The notes below the pieces were generated by a model. That model ran no database searches. It was not told the DNA's origin and saw only the letters and a list, made by a program, of their open reading frames with translations. Positions 16,750 to 23,685 of a DNA stretch of 23,685 bases are shown piece after piece. This DNA comes from Fusobacteriota bacterium (lineage in GTDB: Bacteria > Fusobacteriota > Fusobacteriia > Fusobacteriales > JBNJFI01), in contig JBNJFI010000021.1 in the NCBI GenBank assembly GCA_051746725.1, forward strand, positions 4,096-27,780. Reading direction: 5' to 3'. Numbering within the stretch: the stretch's first letter is position 1; each line of letters begins with the position of its first letter. A program made the translations under genes and the position numbers.

Positions 16750-16817
16750 TAGCCGACTCAAAAATGGGTCGGCTACAATAATAAATTTCAAAAATTATTT
16801 TGAAATTTATTATTGTA
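16750..16817. repeat. Two abutting inverted repeats after the flagellin array (probable transcript end)
   Basis: TAGCCGACTCA-AAAA-TGGGTCGGCTA (16750-75) and perfect 20-bp IR TACAATAATAAATTTCAAAA-ATTA-TTTTGAAATTTATTATTGTA (16774-817). Confidence 0.8.
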
Positions 16818-16851
16818 AAATGGAACGGTTTAGAACTAATAAAACGTAGAT

Positions 16852-16878
16852 TAAAGTTCTAGCTTTAAATTACGATAA
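16852..16878 (+). promoter_or_regulatory. sigma28 promoter of fliD
   Basis: TAAA-N15-TACGATAA. Confidence 0.8.
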
Positions 16879-16941
16879 TAATTATAAATATAGAGAGAAT
16901 AATTAAAAAAAATAATATTAATATAAAGAGAGGTGAGAAAG

Positions 16942-18921
16942 ATGGGAATACAATTAGGAGGATTAGCTTCAGGAATGGATACTCAAAACATCATAAATCA
17001 ATTGATGGAAATAGAGAGAAAGCCACTTTACCAAAAACAGGAAAATATAGGGGAAATAAACGATAGTAAAAAAGTATGGAATAATTTAAATAGCAAGCTT
17101 AGTTCATTTGATAGTGCGGCAAGTGATTTTAAATTTAGTTCAACTTTTAATTCCAAAAAAGTCTCATCTTCAGATGAAGATAAAGTTATAGCAACTGCAA
17201 CAAGTGAGGCATCTAATACAAATTACGTATTGGAAAATGTTGCAATGGCAAAGGCTGGAAAAGTTTCATCTGGTGATGTATTGACTTTACAGGATGGAGT
17301 TAAGGCTAATATTTCTGGAACTTCAAATATAGTAGATCCAAATGAGAGATTTACCCAAGGTGGATCTACCATAACAGAGGGGAGTTTTCAAATAAATGGA
17401 AAAACTATAAATGTTGAAGCAGATGATACTATAAATTTAGTAATAACTAAGATAAATGGATCTGGTGCAGGTGTAACTGCAAGCTTTGATCAAGATACTA
17501 ATAGTTTTAAATTAGAGCAGGATACCGCAGAAACTTCAAGTAAAATAAAATTTTCTGATACGGATACAAGCTCTTTTTTGACAGAAATGGGACTTGGTGA
17601 TCAATTAGGTCAAACAGTTGAAAATGGAGAAAATATTGATTATAAGAAAAATATATCAGAAGTAGATGCTTTTACTGGGGTGACAAGTGGATTTTTTACA
17701 ATTAATGGGCATACATTTGAATTAGATGCCGAAAATGATAGTTTATCTGATGTCATATCTAAGATAAATTCAGCTGATGCAGGTGTAACTGCTTTTTATG
17801 ATGAAGACTCAAAAAAGGTTACGTTGACTTCCCAAGAAGCTGGAAAAGGTATTACCCTTGAGAATGATACCGGTGGATTATTAGAAAACTTAAACTTAAT
17901 GAATCAAGCTAATGATACAGATGGAACAGCTGAAAAATCTGTATATGAAGGACAAAAAGCTTCTTTTACATTAAATGGAGTAGATTTTACAAAAGAGACA
18001 AATAAATTTAATATAAATGGAATGAATATAGACTTAAAAAGTTCCACAGAACCTGGAGAAAAAATAACTTTAAATGTAACAGCAGACATAGAAAAGCCGT
18101 ATGAAAAAATCGAAAATTTTATTGAAAAATATAATGACTTAGTAGGTTATATTGAAAATAATAATGGGGAAGACGGTGCTCTTCAAGGAGACAGAATGGC
18201 TAATAATTTAGTATTTAATTTGAGAAATAAGCTAACGTCTCCTGTGGATGGTGTAGAAAGTGGATTTAATCAATTTGCGTTAATTGGAATAAAAGCTCAA
18301 AGTAATACAAGTTCTAAGTTAACAATAGATAAAACTGAATTAAAAGAGGCTTTAGAACAAGATCCAGAAGAAATAGAAAAACTTTTTTCTAGAAATCAAA
18401 GCTCAGGAGAGATAACAGCTGAAAGTGTAGCTACTGGTGATGGAACAGAAACGAGTTTTAACTTGGAAAAAACTCCAGATACTTTAGATGGACTAACAAT
18501 AGATGCTGGAGGAACAATATATACATCAGATAGCGATACCAATAAAATAATTACCTCAGGAACTCCTGGAGCAAATGAAATATTATTAAATATGTCAACA
18601 GGAAGAATAACTTTTGGAACTGCTCCTGCTGATGGAGATGATATATTAGCTGATTATAGTTATAGTGAAAATAATGGAATTGCTGGAACTGTGGATGAAT
18701 ATCTCGATAATTATACAAGATATAATGGAACTATCGATCAACATATAAAAATGTTAGATAATAGAATAGAAAATATAAATGACAGTATGGAAAGTTTGCA
18801 GATGAGATTAGAAATGAGGGAAGATACTTTAAATAGACAATTTGGAGCAATGGAAACTGCTATGAATGAAAGTCAGAGTCAAGGACAATGGTTATCAGGC
18901 CAGGTAGCTAACTTAGGTTAA
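16942..18921 (+). CDS. fliD: Flagellar filament cap protein FliD (large, with extra domains)
   Basis: GLASGMDT..II.QLM.IER.P N-terminus; FIEKYNDL, LQGD and QFGAME.AM…QSQ..WL C-terminus. ATG 16942 after GAGGTG. Confidence 0.95.
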   Translation: MGIQLGGLASGMDTQNIINQLMEIERKPLYQKQENIGEINDSKKVWNNLNSKLSSFDSAASDFKFSSTFNSKKVSSSDEDKVIATATSEASNTNYVLENVAMAKAGKVSSGDVLTLQDGVKANISGTSNIVDPNERFTQGGSTITEGSFQINGKTINVEADDTINLVITKINGSGAGVTASFDQDTNSFKLEQDTAETSSKIKFSDTDTSSFLTEMGLGDQLGQTVENGENIDYKKNISEVDAFTGVTSGFFTINGHTFELDAENDSLSDVISKINSADAGVTAFYDEDSKKVTLTSQEAGKGITLENDTGGLLENLNLMNQANDTDGTAEKSVYEGQKASFTLNGVDFTKETNKFNINGMNIDLKSSTEPGEKITLNVTADIEKPYEKIENFIEKYNDLVGYIENNNGEDGALQGDRMANNLVFNLRNKLTSPVDGVESGFNQFALIGIKAQSNTSSKLTIDKTELKEALEQDPEEIEKLFSRNQSSGEITAESVATGDGTETSFNLEKTPDTLDGLTIDAGGTIYTSDSDTNKIITSGTPGANEILLNMSTGRITFGTAPADGDDILADYSYSENNGIAGTVDEYLDNYTRYNGTIDQHIKMLDNRIENINDSMESLQMRLEMREDTLNRQFGAMETAMNESQSQGQWLSGQVANLG

Positions 18922-18933
18922 TAAGGAGAAAAT

Positions 18934-19539
18934 ATGGATATATTTATAAATGAAAATAAAATAGATTTTGAATTAGATGGAAATGAAACTCTAAAAATGG
19001 TTATAGATGAAGTGAATTCCTTTTTGGAAAAGCAAGATGTGTCTATAACTAAGATAATGGTAAATGATATAAATATAGATAATGTTGAAAATATAGATAT
19101 ATCACAAGTAGAAAAAATAGAATTTGATGCTAAAAATTCTGTCGAACTATTATTAGAATCTATTCAAGAGTTAAATATCTATTTAAATAAAATGGATGTT
19201 GGTATCAAAAAAGTTGTGGAATATTTAAATGAGGATTCAAATCAGAAAGCTTTAAATTTTATAATATCAGTTATAGATGGCTTAGAATGGATATATAATG
19301 TTTTAGGTTCTATAAATGATGTTGTTTTAGAAAAATATGATATTAATATGTTAAAGAAGATTTTTTATGAATATGAAGATATATTGGAAAACCTCCTGGA
19401 TAGCTTGGAAGAGAAAGATATGATAATGTTAGCAGATATTTTGGAATTTGAAATGTTAGAAAAAATTGAAGAAATAAAAGAAAAACTACCTAAGTTATAT
19501 GATGAGATAGTTGAAATTGAGAAGAAAAATAAAAATTAA
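18934..19539 (+). CDS. Hypothetical acidic helical protein of flagellar clusters
   Basis: AAGGAG RBS. C-terminal 'LLDSLEEKD.I.LADILEFE' motif. Does not resemble FliS. Confidence 0.8.
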   Translation: MDIFINENKIDFELDGNETLKMVIDEVNSFLEKQDVSITKIMVNDINIDNVENIDISQVEKIEFDAKNSVELLLESIQELNIYLNKMDVGIKKVVEYLNEDSNQKALNFIISVIDGLEWIYNVLGSINDVVLEKYDINMLKKIFYEYEDILENLLDSLEEKDMIMLADILEFEMLEKIEEIKEKLPKLYDEIVEIEKKNKN

Positions 19540-19552
19540 ATTTTATAATAAT

Positions 19553-19586
19553 AAAACCATAGGTTTAATAAAGCCTGTGGTTTTTT
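19553..19586 (+). terminator. Intrinsic terminator of the fliD operon
   Basis: AAAACCATAGGTTT-AATA-AAGCCTGTGGTTTT + TT. Confidence 0.85.
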
Positions 19587-19655
19587 GATATGTAAATAAA
19601 TAACCATAAAATATAGAAAATATTAAAAAGATTGGATATTATAGTTGATTTTTAA

Positions 19656-19684
19656 TTGATATTGTGATATTCTAGTAGTATAAT
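19656..19684 (+). promoter_or_regulatory. sigma70-type trp promoter
   Basis: TTGATA-N17-TATAAT. Confidence 0.7.
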
Positions 19685-19704
19685 AAAAAGATGGAGGGGT
19701 AATT

Positions 19705-19779
19705 ATGTTTCAAAAAAGTTGGTGTAGCAAAATTGACAAAATAAACCAAATTAAATATGATGGTATTTGCCTTTTTTGA
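19705..19779 (+). CDS. trpL: trp operon leader peptide MFQKSWCSKIDKINQIKYDGICLF*
   Basis: GGAGGGG RBS, TGG codon at 19720-22, lies upstream of an attenuator terminator and trpE. Confidence 0.7.
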   Translation: MFQKSWCSKIDKINQIKYDGICLF

Positions 19780-19823
19780 TACATAAAAATACATAAATTT
19801 AAATATATAATATATAACATGAG

Positions 19824-19854
19824 AAAAAAAGGCCTGTAGTTTAGGCCTTTTTTT
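19824..19854 (+). terminator. trp attenuator terminator
   Basis: AAAAAAAGGCCTG-TAGTT-TAGGCCTTTTTTT. The 5' arm can alternatively pair with GCCTTTTTT (19769-77). Confidence 0.85.
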
Positions 19855-19883
19855 GCTTATATAAAAACAAAATGGAGGTAAAA

Positions 19884-21281
19884 ATGGAAAAAAAATTATT
19901 AATACCTTATATAAAAGAAATAACCGGTGATTTAGATACTCCAATAACTCTATATCAAAAATATATCGGCGAAGATATTGGGATATTATTAGAAAGCAAG
20001 GAAGAAGGTAAGGGGAGATATTCAATATTAGGAAAAAATCCATACCTTACTGTAAAAACAGTTTCAGATAATATAGTAATCGAACAAGATGGAAAGAAAA
20101 CAGAGAAAAAAGGAAAAATATTAGAAGTTATAAAAGAATATACTGATATGATAGATGTCAAAAAAGATGAAAGACTTCCATTTTTAGGAGGTGCCGTGGG
20201 AACAGTGGGATATGATATTATCAAGCAATATGAAGATATACCAGATGATATGCCAGATGTAACTGGTTTGCCAGATGCACATCTTATGTTTATAACGGAG
20301 ATGATAATATATGATCACTATTATCAAAAAATAATGATAGTAGTATTAGAAGAAGGAAAAAATAAAAATAAAGCAAATAAAAGAATATCGGAAATAGAAA
20401 AAGAATTAAAATTAAAAAAGGTGAATCCTGATTTTTACAAAAAAGATGAAACAGTAGTAGGAACTAATATAAAATCAAATACAACTAAAGAAGAATACAT
20501 AAATATGGTTAAAAAAAGTCAACAGTATATAAAGGATGGAGATATTTTTCAAGTTGTTTTATCTCAAAGGTGGAAAATGGAAAGTCAAGAGCATCCATTT
20601 AATTTATATAGAAGTTTAAGATCAATTAATCCTTCGCCATATCTATTTTATTTAAATTTTGGAGATTACCAGGTTGCTGGAAGTTCCCCAGAAATGCTTG
20701 TGGAGTTAAGGGGCAAAAAAGTTTATACATGTCCAATTGCAGGTACTAGAAAAAGAGGAAAGGACTCTAATGAAGATAAATATTTAGCTGATGACCTTTT
20801 ACATGATCCAAAGGAAAGAGCAGAACATATTATGCTAGTTGATTTAGCTAGAAATGATATGGGGAGAGTTTCTCAAATGGGGACAGTTGAAGTTACAGAT
20901 TTTATGAAAGTTCAATACTATTCACATGTTATGCATTTGGTATCTTTAGTGGAAGGAATAAAAAAAAATGAAGATGATATGTATTCTATTTTATCAACTT
21001 TTTTGCCAGCAGGAACTCTGTCTGGAGCACCTAAGATAAGAGCTATGGAAATAATTCAGGAGCTAGAAAAAGAGAAAAGAGGTATTTATGGAGGTTCAGT
21101 TGGATACTTTGGTTTTGATGGAGATATGGATACATGTATTGCCATAAGAACCATGGTCATGGCTGATCACAATGTATATATGCAAGCTGGAGCTGGGATT
21201 ACAACTTCGTCTATTCCAGAAAAAGAATATGAAGAGTGTAAAAATAAAATAAGAGCATTAATGAAAGCTACGGTTAAGTAG
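19884..21281 (+). CDS. trpE: Anthranilate synthase component I
   Basis: D..TP, LLES, GDIFQVVLSQR, NPSPY, SSPE, PIAGTR.RG, KE.AEH.MLVDLARND, PAGTLSGAPK. ATG 19884 after GGAGG. Confidence 0.95.
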   Translation: MEKKLLIPYIKEITGDLDTPITLYQKYIGEDIGILLESKEEGKGRYSILGKNPYLTVKTVSDNIVIEQDGKKTEKKGKILEVIKEYTDMIDVKKDERLPFLGGAVGTVGYDIIKQYEDIPDDMPDVTGLPDAHLMFITEMIIYDHYYQKIMIVVLEEGKNKNKANKRISEIEKELKLKKVNPDFYKKDETVVGTNIKSNTTKEEYINMVKKSQQYIKDGDIFQVVLSQRWKMESQEHPFNLYRSLRSINPSPYLFYLNFGDYQVAGSSPEMLVELRGKKVYTCPIAGTRKRGKDSNEDKYLADDLLHDPKERAEHIMLVDLARNDMGRVSQMGTVEVTDFMKVQYYSHVMHLVSLVEGIKKNEDDMYSILSTFLPAGTLSGAPKIRAMEIIQELEKEKRGIYGGSVGYFGFDGDMDTCIAIRTMVMADHNVYMQAGAGITTSSIPEKEYEECKNKIRALMKATVK

Positions 21282-21340
21282 AGAACAGAGGACAGAGAAG
21301 AGAGAACAGAGAACAGATAAGAGATAAGAGAAAGAGAGCA
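21280..21340 (+). repeat. Degenerate purine-rich heptamer tandem repeat (AGAGAAC-type, 7 full + 2 partial units)
   Basis: AGAGAAC AGAGGAC AGAGAAG AGAGAAC AGAGAAC AGATAAG AGATAAG AGAAAG AGAGCA. Confidence 0.85.
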
Positions 21341-21401
21341 AAAAAAAAGATGAAATTAATTTCTGTTGTTCGTTATTAATTAAATAATGGGGAGGATTAT
21401 A

Positions 21402-22430
21402 ATGATAAGAGAACATTTAAAAAGATTATTAAAAGGAGAATGTTTAACTGAAACACAGATGATCGAGAGTATGAATGATATAATGGAAGGTAAAAGTTCA
21501 GATATTTTAACTGCAAGTTTTTTAACAGCACTTAGAATAAAAGGTGAAACTCCAGATGAAATAACTGGAGGAGCTAAGGTTATGCGGGCAAAAGCAGAAA
21601 AAATGGATTTAGATGATATTTATACTGTTGATACTTGTGGTACAGGTGGAGATAATGCCAATACCTTTAATATATCGACTACAAGTGTGTTTATATTAGC
21701 AGCAGCAGGTATAGCAGTAGCTAAACATGGTAATAGATCAGTATCTTCTAAAAGTGGAAGTGCCGACGTTTTAGAATCTTTAGGGGCCAATATATCTTTA
21801 ACTCCAAAACAAGTGGAAAAAAGTGTAAGAAAGATAAACTTAGGTTTCTTTTTTGCCCCTACTTTTCATAAAGCAATGAAATATGCAATAAAGACAAGAC
21901 GAGAATTGAAAATTAGAACAATATTTAATATATTAGGACCATTAACCAATCCTGCACATGCAAATGGACAAGTTTTAGGTGTGTTTAACGAAGATTTAAC
22001 AGAATTAATGGCAGAAGTTTTAATGAATTTAGGTGTTGAAAGAGCAATGGTGGTTCATGGCTTAGACGGTTTAGATGAGATAAGCTTATCTGAAAGAACA
22101 AAGGTAACGGAATTAAAAGATGGGGATATAAAAAGTTATTATATACAACCTGAAGACTTTGGAATTAATAGAGCTGTAAAAAAAGAAGTTGAAGGTGGAG
22201 ATAAAGATGAAAATGCCAAGATAATGAAAGATATTTTTGATGGCAAAAAAGGGCCTAAACGAGATATAGTTCTCTTAAATGCAGGAGCTGGATTATATAT
22301 TGGTAAAAAAGCTAACTCTTTAAAAGAGGGAGTAGAATTGGCGGCTAAGATTATAGATGAAGGCAAGGCTAAGAAAAAACTTGATGAATTTATTAAGTTA
22401 TCAAATGAATTGGGAAAGGATAACAAATGA
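21402..22430 (+). CDS. trpD: Anthranilate phosphoribosyltransferase
   Basis: DTCGTGGD, TFNIST, AKHGNRSVSSKSGSADVLE, RTIFNILGPLTNP. ATG 21402 after GGAGG. Confidence 0.96.
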   Translation: MIREHLKRLLKGECLTETQMIESMNDIMEGKSSDILTASFLTALRIKGETPDEITGGAKVMRAKAEKMDLDDIYTVDTCGTGGDNANTFNISTTSVFILAAAGIAVAKHGNRSVSSKSGSADVLESLGANISLTPKQVEKSVRKINLGFFFAPTFHKAMKYAIKTRRELKIRTIFNILGPLTNPAHANGQVLGVFNEDLTELMAEVLMNLGVERAMVVHGLDGLDEISLSERTKVTELKDGDIKSYYIQPEDFGINRAVKKEVEGGDKDENAKIMKDIFDGKKGPKRDIVLLNAGAGLYIGKKANSLKEGVELAAKIIDEGKAKKKLDEFIKLSNELGKDNK

Positions 22431-23191
22431 TCCTAGATGATATAGTAAAGAAAAAAAGAGAAAGATTAAAGAAAGAAAAAATAGATTTAGAGATTTTGAA
22501 AAAAAAAGCCATGGCTGCAGAAGATAGACCTAGCTTTTTTGAAGCGATGAAACAAGATGGTATATCTATAATAGGGGAAGTCAAGAAAGGTTCCCCTTCT
22601 AAGGGAATAATAGTTGAAGATTTTAAACCTGTGGAACTAGCAAAAAAGTATGAAGGTTGCGTTCAAGCCATATCGGTATTAACAGAAGAGGATTTTTTCT
22701 GGGGAAGTCCAGTTTATTTAAAAGATATAAGTAAAAATGTAAAATTACCACTTCTCAGAAAAGATTTTATAGTTCAAGAGTCTCAAATATATGAGGCTAA
22801 AATTATAGGAGCCAGTGCAGTATTATTAATAGCTTCAATTTTAGATAGAAAAACAATAGATAAATTTATAAAAATAATTCATAATTTAAATATGGATGCC
22901 CTAGTAGAAGTACATAATCAAAAAGAATTAGACGAGGTTTTAAAAACTAGTGCAAAAATAATAGGAATAAACAATCGAAATTTAAAAACATTTACAGTTG
23001 ATTTAAATAATACAGTAAAATTATCAAAAAATATTCCAAAAGATAAAATAGTTATAGGAGAGAGTGGAATAAAAGAAAATAAAGATATTGAACAGATAAG
23101 AGATAGTGTAGATGGAGTTTTAATTGGAGAAAGCTTTATGAGGTCAGATAATATATTCAAAAAAGTTAAACAGTTAAAAGGAAAATTATAA
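22427..23191 (+). CDS. trpC: Indole-3-glycerol phosphate synthase
   Basis: EVKKGSPSKG, ISVLTE, LRKDFI, LVEVH, GINNRNL, ESGI, LIGES.M. Confidence 0.96.
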   Translation: MILDDIVKKKRERLKKEKIDLEILKKKAMAAEDRPSFFEAMKQDGISIIGEVKKGSPSKGIIVEDFKPVELAKKYEGCVQAISVLTEEDFFWGSPVYLKDISKNVKLPLLRKDFIVQESQIYEAKIIGASAVLLIASILDRKTIDKFIKIIHNLNMDALVEVHNQKELDEVLKTSAKIIGINNRNLKTFTVDLNNTVKLSKNIPKDKIVIGESGIKENKDIEQIRDSVDGVLIGESFMRSDNIFKKVKQLKGKL

Positions 23192-23225
23192 TCGAAAAGT
23201 AAGGTTAACTTAATGTAAAGATCAC

Positions 23226-23254
23226 TTGAGATATAGGGGTTCATATGGTATAAT
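23226..23254 (+). promoter_or_regulatory. sigma70-type promoter in front of the HAD remnant
   Basis: TTGAGA-N17-TATAAT with extended -10 TG. Confidence 0.65.
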
Positions 23255-23288
23255 GTTTTTGTAAGATGTTAAGACTGAAAGGGTATCA

Positions 23289-23393
23289 ATAGAATATAAA
23301 ACAGTTATTTCAGATTTAGATGGAACTATTCTGAATTCGGAAGGTAAACTTTTAGTTATGGAAAATTATTATTATAAATTAAAGAAGAAATAG
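23289..23393 (+). pseudogene. Remnant of a Cof-type HAD-IIB hydrolase
   Basis: (ATA)EYKTVISDLDGTILNSEGK = HAD motif I. The start is ATA rather than ATG and the frame stops after 34 codons. Confidence 0.7.
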
Positions 23394-23550
23394 ATGACCG
23401 TAAAATAATAAAAATAAATGATGAAGATGATTTAAAAAATATTTAGAGGTCTTTTTTCTCTAATAGTAATTTGATTTTTTTGGTTAATGTGATATAATAT
23501 AAATCAAGTGGTAAAAAATAAACCAAAATATTATAAAGAAGGTGAAAATT

Positions 23551-23685
23551 ATGTTAAGAACTAAGATATTTAAAGAACTAGCCAGTAAAGATAAATTAGA
23601 AGATTATGAAAATAAGTTAAAAAAAGAGTTAGAGGAAGATGAAAATAATATTGAAAAACTAGAAGAACTTGGTGCAACTTGTTAT
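23551..23685 (+). CDS. 5' part of a gene running off the window (possibly TPR-repeat protein)
   Basis: GAAGGTG RBS. MLRTKIFKELASKDKLEDYENKLKKELEEDENNIEKLEELGATCY… Promoter-like TG-N-TATAAT at 23490-98. Confidence 0.7.
   Translation, partial: MLRTKIFKELASKDKLEDYENKLKKELEEDENNIEKLEELGATCY

Noticed and set aside
19690..19860. T-box riboswitch for trpE
   Set aside because: No UGGNACC T-box consensus or stem I was seen; leader-peptide attenuation explains the region
21280..21340. CRISPR array
   Set aside because: Contiguous 7-mers with no spacers and no cas genes
164..23244. All minus-strand ORFs in the supplied track
   Set aside because: They are antisense shadows of well-supported + strand genes, with F/S/I/L-rich composition and no recognisable motifs

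Overview
Very AT-rich bacterial chromosome segment with all real genes on the + strand. It opens with housekeeping genes (KdsD-type isomerase, DUF1858 protein, RluA/RluD pseudouridine synthase, rnhB). These run into a Bacillus/Clostridia-style flagellar region: FliK-like, FlhB-like, HD-GYP, yraN, Zn-ribbon, comF, yvyF, flgM, flgN, flgK, flgL, yviE-like, fliW, csrA, four tandem minimal flagellins, fliD and a hypothetical protein. A partial trp operon follows (leader peptide/attenuator, trpE, trpD, trpC), then a Cof-HAD remnant and a truncated gene. The most striking unannotated signal is an RNA-level control system around the flagellin array. (i) Two sigma28 promoters just after csrA drive a ~200-nt GGA-hairpin-rich RNA ending in a terminator-like hairpin, which could be a CsrB-like sponge or an attenuator. 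(ii) The leaders of flagellins 2, 3 and 4 differ in sequence but share one architecture: a distal anti-Shine-Dalgarno strand pairing 11-15 bp with its own RBS, closing inner stems and a CsrA-type ANGGAU hairpin. All structures were folded by eye and need computational confirmation.
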